Assembly (NCBI GenBank): GCA_964452565.1
Contig: CAYVLY010000001.1
Coordinates: 224,351 to 288,350 of the forward strand
Reading direction: 5' to 3'
DNA: 64,000 nucleotides
Source of the DNA: an uncultured Gammaproteobacteria bacterium
Lineage (GTDB): Bacteria; Patescibacteriota; Patescibacteriia; UBA9934
The notes below the pieces were generated by a model that saw only the letters and a list, made by a program, of their open reading frames with translations, made no database searches and had not been told where the DNA came from. A program made the translations under genes and the position numbers. This document shows, in pieces, positions 1 to 8,219 of the stretch. How positions within the stretch are numbered: position 1 is the first letter of the stretch; every line of letters starts with the position of its first letter.

Positions 1-894
1 CCAAAGGATCATCTAGAGCTCTCAAAGGCGCTCAATCTCTTAGACACCGAGCGAGGCACAAAGGTTGCAGGTTTCAGAGGTTACTTCCTCAAGAATGATC
101 TTATGATGATGCACTTAGCGCTAATGACAATGGCGTTAACTAAACTTCAGGATAAGGGCTTTGAGCTTATGGCCTGCCCATCAATTGTTCGTGAGATGCC
201 ACTGATTGGATCAGGACACTTCCCAGGCGAACGCAGTGAGATCTACGAAGTGCAGGACTTTACAGACGGTAAAAAAGAAACAAAATACCTATCAGGTACC
301 AGTGAACCAGCACTGCTTGCATATCATGCTGACGAAGTATTGGACGAGAAAGATCTTCCAATTAAGCTGGCTGGCTTTTCATCATGTTATCGTCGCGAGA
401 TCGGATCTCACGGTAAAGATACAAAAGGCATCTATCGAGTTCATGAATTCCACAAGGTAGAGCAGGTTGTATTCTGCAAGAATAATGTTAAAGAGGGGTT
501 GGATTGGCTAGAAATAATAAGAAAGAATTCAGAAGAGCTTTTGCAAGAACTTGGGCTTCCATATCGAGTCGTAAGCATGTGCACTGGCGATATGGGAACA
601 GGGAAGTACAAAATGTACGACATTGAGACATGGATGCCATCTCGAAATGCATATGGAGAGACACACTCTGCATCATATCTAACAGACTGGCAGGCACGCA
701 GAATTGGAATTCGCTACAAAGACTCAGATGGAAACATACAGTTCGCGCATACCCTAAACAATACACTTATAGCATCACCTAGGATTCTTATTGCTATTTT
801 GGAGAACTTTCAACAGGAAGATGGGTCTGTGATTATCCCTGAGGTACTTCATAGCTACATGGGCGGCAAAGAACGGCTTATTCTTGCAAAATAG
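1..894 (+). CDS. serS: seryl-tRNA synthetase, C-terminal catalytic part (5-prime end outside window)
   Basis: Frame 1 is open from base 1. Class II aaRS core motifs are visible (GFRGYFLKND, TSEPAL, FSSCYRRE, GIYRVHEFHKVEQ); ends TAA at 894. Confidence 0.85.
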   Translation, partial: PKDHLELSKALNLLDTERGTKVAGFRGYFLKNDLMMMHLALMTMALTKLQDKGFELMACPSIVREMPLIGSGHFPGERSEIYEVQDFTDGKKETKYLSGTSEPALLAYHADEVLDEKDLPIKLAGFSSCYRREIGSHGKDTKGIYRVHEFHKVEQVVFCKNNVKEGLDWLEIIRKNSEELLQELGLPYRVVSMCTGDMGTGKYKMYDIETWMPSRNAYGETHSASYLTDWQARRIGIRYKDSDGNIQFAHTLNNTLIASPRILIAILENFQQEDGSVIIPEVLHSYMGGKERLILAK

Positions 895-2044
895 TATGGG
901 CTCAGAGCGGACAAAGACCTGGGTCGAGGTTGACGCAGGAGCATATCAACACAACATCCAAGCAATTCGGTCACTTCTGCAACCAGAGGTGACCTTTTGT
1001 TCTGTTATAAAAGCTAATGCTTATGGGTATGGGCTAAATACAATGGCCAAGCTTGGGCTTCAGAATAATCTCAAACATTTTGCAGTTGACTCAATCGACG
1101 AGGCTGAGCAACTTAGACGCATCACACCCGAATCAACAATATTCATTTTGGGATTCACTGTTGAAGATCGATTATCTGATGTTGTACGACTCGGATGTGT
1201 ACAAACCGTTTATGACGAACAAACGGTTCGCATTTTGGGCGAAGAGGCCATAAAACAACAAGTTCCGGCCCTTGTATCGATTAAAGTCGAAACCGGGACA
1301 CAGAGGCAAGGGATCAGTGAGCGCGACTTTAAGTATCTTCTCTCAGCAGTTGAAAAAGAAAAGGGAAGTGTAATGCTTGTAGGACTTGGATCGCACTTCT
1401 CATCTTCAGAAGATGTTACAAAACAACAGATTACTAAAGATCAAGATAATCGTTTTGAAGCCTACGTGACGGAATGTGATCAGTTTGGACTTAAACCAAC
1501 GTTCACTCACATATCGTGCAGCGCTTCGACTATTTTGTATCCAGAAACGCATAAATCACTTGTACGCATCGGACTATCACAATATGGCATGTGGCCATCT
1601 GAGGGCGTAAAGACTCAAAAGTCAAACAAGCAACCATCTTTCAAACTAAGGCCGATCATATCGTGGAAAACTTGCATAGCTCAAGTTAAAGATATTGGAA
1701 GCGGCATGCCAGTCGGGTATGATCAGACCTTTATTAGCGATCGTCCAATGCGCATTGCAGTATTGCCGGTTGGGTATTACGATGGACTTGTAAGAAGCTT
1801 ATCGCACAAATCACATGTGATTGTTAAGGGCCAAAAATGCCGCATTCTTGGCAATATTTGTATGAATATGTGCATTGTGGATATCTCTGTGCTACCACAG
1901 GTTAAACCCGGTGATGTAGCTACAATCTTGGGTCGGGATGGAATGCATGAGATTACGGCTGAAGATCATGCCAGGTGGTCTGATACGATTAACTATGAAG
2001 TTACGACGCGGATCAACCCACTGCTGCCGAGGGTGATTATCTAA
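884..2044 (+). CDS. alr: alanine racemase (PLP-dependent)
   Basis: VIKANAYGYG PLP-lysine motif near the N-terminus, about 386 aa, typical Alr length. Overlaps the serS stop by 11 nt. Confidence 0.8.
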   Translation: MQNSMGSERTKTWVEVDAGAYQHNIQAIRSLLQPEVTFCSVIKANAYGYGLNTMAKLGLQNNLKHFAVDSIDEAEQLRRITPESTIFILGFTVEDRLSDVVRLGCVQTVYDEQTVRILGEEAIKQQVPALVSIKVETGTQRQGISERDFKYLLSAVEKEKGSVMLVGLGSHFSSSEDVTKQQITKDQDNRFEAYVTECDQFGLKPTFTHISCSASTILYPETHKSLVRIGLSQYGMWPSEGVKTQKSNKQPSFKLRPIISWKTCIAQVKDIGSGMPVGYDQTFISDRPMRIAVLPVGYYDGLVRSLSHKSHVIVKGQKCRILGNICMNMCIVDISVLPQVKPGDVATILGRDGMHEITAEDHARWSDTINYEVTTRINPLLPRVII

Positions 2045-2053
2045 ATCTAAACC

Positions 2054-2159
2054 CTCCCCCTTACCAAGGGGGAGATGGAGGGGGTTTTGCCAGCGATCTT
2101 GATTCGATCGAATTCGATCAAACGGCAACCACCCCTAACCCCTCCTTGGGAAGGAGGGG
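2054..2159. repeat. composite GC-rich palindromic element: two inverted copies of the hairpin+GGGGGTTGCC unit flanking a GATCGAATTCGATC palindrome
   Basis: CTCCCCCTTACCAAGGGGGAG-ATGGAGGGGGTTTTGCC ... GCAACCACCCCTAA-CCCCTCCTTGGGAAGGAGGGG. The same unit recurs at 4870, 10419, 23710, 30051 and 54770/54828. Confidence 0.7.
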
Positions 2160-2167
2160 AACCGAAC

Positions 2168-3049
2168 ATGAAAAAACGCAACTTTTTAAAATCACACCAA
2201 GCTAGCATATACAAAAGGTCTCAATATGAGAACCCGCTTTTTGCGCACAAAAAACAAAAATCTTCTTGGAAAAAATACTTAGCCATCCCAGTCGCTATAT
2301 TCGTCCTGATTCTGATCGCATGGGGCTTGATAGTTATCCCTTGGCTTCGCATTAATACAATCAATGTCGAGGGCTTAGTTACTATTTATCCTGATTCAAT
2401 CGAACAGTCTGCATGGAACTTTATAGATAATCCTGTCCTAGGTGTTCTGCCTGGTGAGCATGTATGGTTCGTACGGCTTGAAAAGCTCCAGGAGGCCCTA
2501 AAAGACGAGTTTCAACTCAAGACGACTGAGGTGTCACGTGACAGTAGAACAATCAATATAGAGGCTTCTGAGCGCATTACACGCGCTGTATGGGTAACAA
2601 ATGATCAAATGTACTTCCTGGATTCTGATGGACTTGTTATAAGAGAGCTTTCTGAGCTTGAACGCGCTGAGGTTGAACAACAGATAAATACACAAATTGC
2701 TCCATCGCAAAGTTTGCAATCCACTGTTTTCACGATTTGGGATCTTGATAATCATGCAGTAGAGCTTGAAACTCAGATCGTATCTCCGATTCTTCTATCA
2801 ACAGTTGAAGAGTTTGATCAACTTTTACGAGATACTACCATTCAACCTATCTCTTACATCATCGACAATAAAGATGAGGTTTGGCTTACAATAAAATCAA
2901 CGCTTGGGGTTGATATATATTTAAACGGGGTAGGGGATGCACAAGAACAGTTTAACAATCTTCAGTTGATCATTGAGGAGTATCAGGATTCGATACATGA
3001 ATTAGAATATATCGATCTTCGATTTGGAAATAGGGTTTACGTAAGATAA
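2168..3049 (+). CDS. membrane-anchored cell-division protein, FtsQ/DivIB-like (POTRA-type)
   Basis: One N-terminal TM helix (YLAIPVAIFVLILIAWGLIVIPW), then an extracytoplasmic domain. The ATG at 2168 lies after the repeat element. The upstream part of the ORF (PPWEGGEP) is translation of the repeat. Confidence 0.45.
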   Translation: MKKRNFLKSHQASIYKRSQYENPLFAHKKQKSSWKKYLAIPVAIFVLILIAWGLIVIPWLRINTINVEGLVTIYPDSIEQSAWNFIDNPVLGVLPGEHVWFVRLEKLQEALKDEFQLKTTEVSRDSRTINIEASERITRAVWVTNDQMYFLDSDGLVIRELSELERAEVEQQINTQIAPSQSLQSTVFTIWDLDNHAVELETQIVSPILLSTVEEFDQLLRDTTIQPISYIIDNKDEVWLTIKSTLGVDIYLNGVGDAQEQFNNLQLIIEEYQDSIHELEYIDLRFGNRVYVR

Positions 3050-3630
3050 AGAGCCCCCTCCAACACTTGGAAAGAGGGGACCCGCCACGCGGGATACCGA
3101 TTTGTTGCCATGAACGCATAGCGTATAGGCTACCCTTAAAGGGCTAGACGCGCGGAACGCCACTGGCTATCACGGAGGACTGTTGAACATGTCTTACCAC
3201 GGTCCAGGGGTAGCAGGCCACCGAGCATTTCATTTGCCAGGGGAATGCACTATAGCGCAAAAGGCTATCATTGTCAAGGATCTTAGCATTAGAGAAGGGT
3301 AAACCGTGCTTTATGTTTTTATAAAATACTTAGTGTCGCACAATATATCTTATACGACACCACGGTATATTTCACGTGGTGTAGGGTACATGGGGTTACA
3401 AAATAGATGACCAGCTTTAGCGGATTTTTCCAGATTTTCACCTATAGTAGTAATTTCAAAATCAAAATTTATCTATATAAGATTTTTTATAAAGTACACG
3501 ATTATGTGTTCCAAAACAAAAAAAACACTATTCATATAGTGCTTCTCAACTCTGCTCTGTGCCCCCTTCCCGGGTCTGACCCCTCCCCCTCCCGCTTGTG
3601 TCGTAAAACGAAAAGAGCCTAAATCACCTT

Positions 3631-4845
3631 TTAGTTAACTAAATATAATTGGGGATCAACTGGTATTCCATTTTCACGAATCTCAAAGTGCAGATGAGGT
3701 CCTGTTGAAAATCCTGTACTTCCCTCATATCCGATGACATCCCCCCTGCTCACGTATTGATCAGCACCAACAGCTGCGCTACTCAAGTGAGCATAAAGTG
3801 TCGCATAACCATTAGCGTGGATGATCATCACATAGTTTCCATAAGATGATCCATATCGACTCCAAGCAACATATCCTGGTGCAGCTGCAACAACAGGTGT
3901 CCCCCAGTCAGTAGCAATATCAAGTCCGCTATGCTCCCAAAGATGTCTAAACGGATACGTTGGATCATGGAATGTTGCAGTTATTATTCCATCCATTGGC
4001 CATGTGAATACTGTTTCACCACCATACTCATCACTCTGAGAAATTACATCATCCATCTCAGCTTGAAGCGCTGCAATCTGCGTTGAGATATACTGCTGTT
4101 CCTGTCGCATTTCACTTAAAAGCACCATGTACTGCGCCTCTGAGGACTCAGTATAAGCTAGCAGTACATCTTTCGCCTGTGCCTGTGACTCAAGAACAGC
4201 CATTTGCGACTCAAGCTCACTTTCGAGCAACACTAGATCCTCAAGTCGATCCTCTTGATCAGCCTTATTCTGTTCTAAACGCTCTTTTGTTTCCTTGGTC
4301 TGATCAAGAGCGTTCTGAAGTTCTGCATTGATAGTTTCGAGATTCTCAACCTCAGAAAATAACTCATTAATATCATTTGAACTAAACAGAACCTCGATGA
4401 ATCCGATCTCGTCATTCTTATTCAACTCAAAGATCATCTCCTTGAGAATCTCCTTTTGCACAGCGATCTCAGCCTCTTGCTCTTTAATCTGCTCTTCCAA
4501 AAGCTGCACCTGAAGCTCCTGGGCTTCAATCTCCACCTGAGTTGCTTCAATGTCAAGCTCAGTCAATGCAACCTGGTTTTCGATCATTGCAATGTCAGTT
4601 TCAAGACTAGCAGCCTCTGAAGCATATTGATTGACTTTATCGCGATATTCATCGATCTTACTGTTAATCTGATCGATCTGTGACTTTCGCGCACTGATCT
4701 CATCCTGAAGCTCATTTAGATCATCTGCCTGTGCAAAAGTAAAGTCCGGAACAGAGCCATTTGCATACACAAAACCCGCACCCGACAAGCTCAGTACGGT
4801 TGATAAAACCAACACTACACCAGTAATGCGTTTTAATAAATTCAT
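3631..4845 (-). CDS. M23 family metallopeptidase (murein hydrolase activator/EnvC-NlpD-like) with N-terminal signal peptide and long coiled coil
   Basis: C-terminal LytM motifs (HxxxD ... HLHFE). The coiled-coil region is Q/E-rich. Confidence 0.8.
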   Translation of the reverse strand: MNLLKRITGVVLVLSTVLSLSGAGFVYANGSVPDFTFAQADDLNELQDEISARKSQIDQINSKIDEYRDKVNQYASEAASLETDIAMIENQVALTELDIEATQVEIEAQELQVQLLEEQIKEQEAEIAVQKEILKEMIFELNKNDEIGFIEVLFSSNDINELFSEVENLETINAELQNALDQTKETKERLEQNKADQEDRLEDLVLLESELESQMAVLESQAQAKDVLLAYTESSEAQYMVLLSEMRQEQQYISTQIAALQAEMDDVISQSDEYGGETVFTWPMDGIITATFHDPTYPFRHLWEHSGLDIATDWGTPVVAAAPGYVAWSRYGSSYGNYVMIIHANGYATLYAHLSSAAVGADQYVSRGDVIGYEGSTGFSTGPHLHFEIRENGIPVDPQLYLVN

Positions 4846-4869
4846 CTGATTCTATTATATCAGACTTGC

Positions 4870-4904
4870 GTCCCCCTTCCCAAGGGGGACAATAAGGGGT
4901 TGCC
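4870..4904. repeat. GC-rich palindromic element unit (GTCCCCCTTCCCAAGGGGGAC + AATAAGGGGTTGCC)
   Basis: Member of the dispersed family, intergenic between the M23 peptidase start and the 760-aa gene end. Confidence 0.7.
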
Positions 4905-4981
4905 ATTATCAGGTTGAACTATTTCTGAAAGCATGAATGCCGCCCTAGGCCATAGGCCCTGGACGGCGTGAGTTTCGCGTT

Positions 4982-7261
4982 TTACTTCCCTTCTTCACGC
5001 TCCTGAGCGAGCGCTAGGACTACGGTACGCATGGCTGTGTGCAGATCTCGCTGGCGCCGCGCCTCAGCAGTTTCCCTTTCGAGACGCTCGACTTCAGCAC
5101 GTGCCCTTGCGAGTTTCTCATCCTTGCGTGAGACCAACTGTTCGGCCTGCCTCGCTATGATTTGGATCTGCCTGCGGACTCCTTCCTCCATCAACGGTCC
5201 AAGCGTCTGCTCGAGCACAGTTGCAACCGGCCCTTCGACATCCCCTACCCGAATCCTAGGCTTAGAGACCTGGACCCGAGTTGCCGCATGTGATGCGCTC
5301 TCATCGATGAGCCTGGGCATTTCACTTTGCAGACATGCCCGTACAGCTGCTTCGATTGCCTCAGTCGGCACTTCAGGCTCAGGCACCTGGATCTGCTCAA
5401 GACGTGCGGCAAGTAGCTCATCAAGCAAGCCCCTTCCCTGCTCTCCGAGCAGAAATTCTTCAAGATGACCGCGAAGCGCCTCTCCTGACGGCTTCGCAAG
5501 TTCCAGCTCAGCCGGAGGATCTTCCGACGTAGCTACCATAGGCGAATTGCCAACAGGTGGTGCTACATCTTCGGCTGGAGCCACGGACGACTCAGGCGGA
5601 GGCGCCGGAGGATCACTGGAATCATCATCTGCTGGCGCCGGGGCTTCAGGCTCTTGCGCGGCCTGTGGGATTTCCCAGGCTTCCAGGTCGATAAGCTTCT
5701 CATGAACTACGCTAGCAGCCAGCTCGCTGATCGTACAACCGACACGTGATATGAGATCACGTATTACCTGTCGGTCATATGGCTTTTCTGGATTTCTATG
5801 CGGTACCAGGTTGACACCTAGCACGATACGCCAAACCGTACGGTGACGCGCAATCTGACCCAGCTTCTCCAGTAGCCCAACCTTCATCATAGCGTTGAGC
5901 GCCGCCGATGCGTTTTTCTGATTAGGCCATACATACCTGATCACTGATACTGCCAGCTCGGTTGGTAAACGCGCCGTGGATGGCCACCCGTGTTCCTTGA
6001 TCAGAATCAGAATCATGAGTTGCATCATTTCATATGCAGTTTTCGTGAACCCACTGACTTTGATAGAATCTTGCCCATCCGGATCCACTGGATCCTCGGA
6101 TGGCTCAGGCGGAGGCAGATCGTTGGCAGGCGGTGCTGCACCCTCAACGGGACTCGCGAGAGGCTCGAGCTGATCATCAGCCGGGTCCTCAGGCGTGGGC
6201 GGCGGAGGGTCACTAGGACCATCATCTTCCGGCGGAGGCGGATCGTCAGCTGGCTCTGAACCAGCAGGCGGCGCATCCTCGGGCGCATCCTCGGGTGCCG
6301 GCGGCGCAGGCTGATCGGCAGGCTCTTCAACCGGAGGCTCTTCTGGCTGCTTGCCAGGCGTCACCGGCTCTTCCCAATCCTCAACAAACAAAACGCCTCG
6401 ATCAACAGTCTGTTCTCCCATGGCACGTACCCGGTCGTCACTATAGACACCCAGGAATCCCCGAATGTCTGCCTCGCTGAACTCGACTTCTGGTCTGTAC
6501 TTCGGGATAAGACGTTTCCCGGGCAGGACACGCTGAATAGACAACCCACCCGAAGCACAACCAATTGGCTCAGTTAGGCTCTTTTGCTTCATGCCATCCA
6601 AGGGGACTCCTGGATTACCCGTCCTCGGATAGCAATAGCCCAAAATGTCATGCATGAACCTACTCGGGAGACGGGTAGCCGTAGGCCAATCGTATTCCGC
6701 AATCAGGATCGCAAGCATGAGTTGCATCATCTCGTAGGCCGACTTGACTGCCCCACTGACGACGATAGGCAGCTCTTTCTCCGCCTCAGGAAGATCCTCA
6801 GGCGGCTGATCAGCCGGTGGTTCCTCAGGTGGCGCTGGATCTTCAAGCGGAGGGTCACTAGGACCATCGTCTGCCGGTGGAGCCGGTGGTTCCTCAGGAT
6901 CATCAACTGGCGGCACCGGATCTGCTGGCGGCAAATACCGCGGGTCCTGCTTCAACTCATAACCATTGATGCGCGACTGCGCATCAGCGGCCTCGAGAAC
7001 CTGTACAATCACTGCTGGATCGATCGATCCGTCCAGATCAATGACCGTAACGTAGTTTGTGGCCCAATGTCTGAAACGCCTTACCAGCTGTCTTGGAATA
7101 TCATTACCACCTGCTTCTACCCATTTCAGGTATGCTCTCCATGTTCGCGGAGCGCCATCGTGTTTCAAAGCCTTCTCGAGCATGAAACCATAGCTCCAGC
7201 TGTTACGGCTCTGGATAGCGCGCTTGGTCTGCTCGGTCAGCTCGATTTCTGTCGTAGTCAT
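4982..7261 (-). CDS. hypothetical 760-aa protein with two homologous internal domains separated by Pro/Asp/Glu-rich low-complexity linkers, C-terminal coiled coil; GC-rich
   Basis: Long ORF at about 62% GC. The repeat is seen as VSGAVKSAYEMMQLMLAILIAEYDWPTATRLP versus VSGFTKTAYEMMQLMILILIKEHGWPSTARLP. The start at ATG 7261 (MTTTEIE) is chosen because a terminator hairpin at 7287-7320 separates it from the sigma gene. Confidence 0.55.
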   Translation of the reverse strand: MTTTEIELTEQTKRAIQSRNSWSYGFMLEKALKHDGAPRTWRAYLKWVEAGGNDIPRQLVRRFRHWATNYVTVIDLDGSIDPAVIVQVLEAADAQSRINGYELKQDPRYLPPADPVPPVDDPEEPPAPPADDGPSDPPLEDPAPPEEPPADQPPEDLPEAEKELPIVVSGAVKSAYEMMQLMLAILIAEYDWPTATRLPSRFMHDILGYCYPRTGNPGVPLDGMKQKSLTEPIGCASGGLSIQRVLPGKRLIPKYRPEVEFSEADIRGFLGVYSDDRVRAMGEQTVDRGVLFVEDWEEPVTPGKQPEEPPVEEPADQPAPPAPEDAPEDAPPAGSEPADDPPPPEDDGPSDPPPPTPEDPADDQLEPLASPVEGAAPPANDLPPPEPSEDPVDPDGQDSIKVSGFTKTAYEMMQLMILILIKEHGWPSTARLPTELAVSVIRYVWPNQKNASAALNAMMKVGLLEKLGQIARHRTVWRIVLGVNLVPHRNPEKPYDRQVIRDLISRVGCTISELAASVVHEKLIDLEAWEIPQAAQEPEAPAPADDDSSDPPAPPPESSVAPAEDVAPPVGNSPMVATSEDPPAELELAKPSGEALRGHLEEFLLGEQGRGLLDELLAARLEQIQVPEPEVPTEAIEAAVRACLQSEMPRLIDESASHAATRVQVSKPRIRVGDVEGPVATVLEQTLGPLMEEGVRRQIQIIARQAEQLVSRKDEKLARARAEVERLERETAEARRQRDLHTAMRTVVLALAQEREEGK

Positions 7262-7286
7262 CTCTCGCTCCGTTCGTTTTGGAAGT

Positions 7287-7320
7287 AAAAACGCTCTGCT
7301 TTCGCAGTGCGTTTTTTTAC
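7287..7320. terminator. intrinsic terminator hairpin (AAAAACGCTCTGC-TTTC-GCAGTGCGTTTTTTT) downstream of the ECF sigma gene on the minus strand
   Basis: Inverted repeat flanked by A/T runs on both sides. Confidence 0.5.
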
Positions 7321-7342
7321 CATTTTTATTACATTTCGTCAA

Positions 7343-8218
7343 TCAAGACTCTAATTCTGCTAGCCTCTTTTTTGCAGCAGCTAACTCTTCCTCTGCCTGC
7401 TTTAATTCCTTATCATTGAGCTCTATCTGGTCATCCAGTGCTGATATTAATTCCCCCAAGAAAGCCAGATACGCATCATCCCCCCTCAATTCAGCCTCTT
7501 GCTGCTCAAGCTCCTGTTCTGCCACCTCTGGTTCTTCCACTTCCTCAACTTCAGGCTCTTTGATCGATTCTTCGGCAACTGATGACTCTGGTTTTATAAG
7601 TCCAGCCTCCAAGGCCTCGGGTTGCAATAATCTCTTAAGCCTTTCTCTAGCATAGTACAAACGAGACATAACCGTACCTTCTGGAATATCCATTATCTCT
7701 GCAATTTCTTTATAGGCACGACCCTGGACTTCGCGCAATATAATAACTTGCCTTTGCTGTGGTGATAATTGACTCATTGCCCATTGAATCCTCTCTCCCA
7801 ACTCCTTTCCATGTACCTGATCGAAAGGCTGGTCAGGTCTTGTGTGTAAATCCCCTTCAATCTCAGTATCAATACGTTCATCAAACTCGGATGCTTGCCT
7901 TTTTTGCAGCCTACGAATCTCATCTATCGTTGCATTTATTGCGATTCTGTAAATCCAGGTTGAGAATGAAGCATCTTTTCGAAATCCACCAATATTTTTA
8001 TAAGCCTTTAGCATTACGTCCTGAGTAAGATCCTCTGCCTTTGCCCTATCTTTAATCATTCCAACAATATGAGCATAAATACGCCCACGATAAAGCTTTT
8101 GAAGCTCTTCCCAGGCCTTATGCTTCTCGTGTTCACTGCCTGATTCTTGAAGGATCGCAATTAGCTCCTTCTCTTGCGGATCCATCTCTCTTGGCTCTGT
8201 TTTTTCTCCCTTAGTCAT
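7343..8218 (-). CDS. ECF-type RNA polymerase sigma factor with about 100-aa acidic coiled-coil C-terminal extension
   Basis: Sigma-70 region 2 (DLTQDVMLKAY ... FSTWIYRIAINATIDEIR) and region 4 (YKEIAEIMDIPEGTVMSRLYYARERLK). Paralogous to the GC-rich sigma at 29314-29961. Confidence 0.8.
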   Translation of the reverse strand: MTKGEKTEPREMDPQEKELIAILQESGSEHEKHKAWEELQKLYRGRIYAHIVGMIKDRAKAEDLTQDVMLKAYKNIGGFRKDASFSTWIYRIAINATIDEIRRLQKRQASEFDERIDTEIEGDLHTRPDQPFDQVHGKELGERIQWAMSQLSPQQRQVIILREVQGRAYKEIAEIMDIPEGTVMSRLYYARERLKRLLQPEALEAGLIKPESSVAEESIKEPEVEEVEEPEVAEQELEQQEAELRGDDAYLAFLGELISALDDQIELNDKELKQAEEELAAAKKRLAELES

Positions 8219-8219
8219 A

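Noticed and set aside
2075-2167. N-terminal extension of the FtsQ-like ORF (MEGVLPAILIRSNSIKRQPPLTPPWEGGEPN)
   Set aside because: It is the translation of the palindromic repeat pair. The ATG at 2168 directly precedes the Lys-rich cytoplasmic tail and TM helix, so the extension is not coding.
5031-7288. Plus-strand ORFs (5031-5468, 5335-5532, 5976-6259, 6584-7288 and others) overlapping the 760-aa minus-strand gene
   Set aside because: Typical antisense ORFs of a GC-rich coding region: no RBS and low-complexity Arg/Pro-rich translations.
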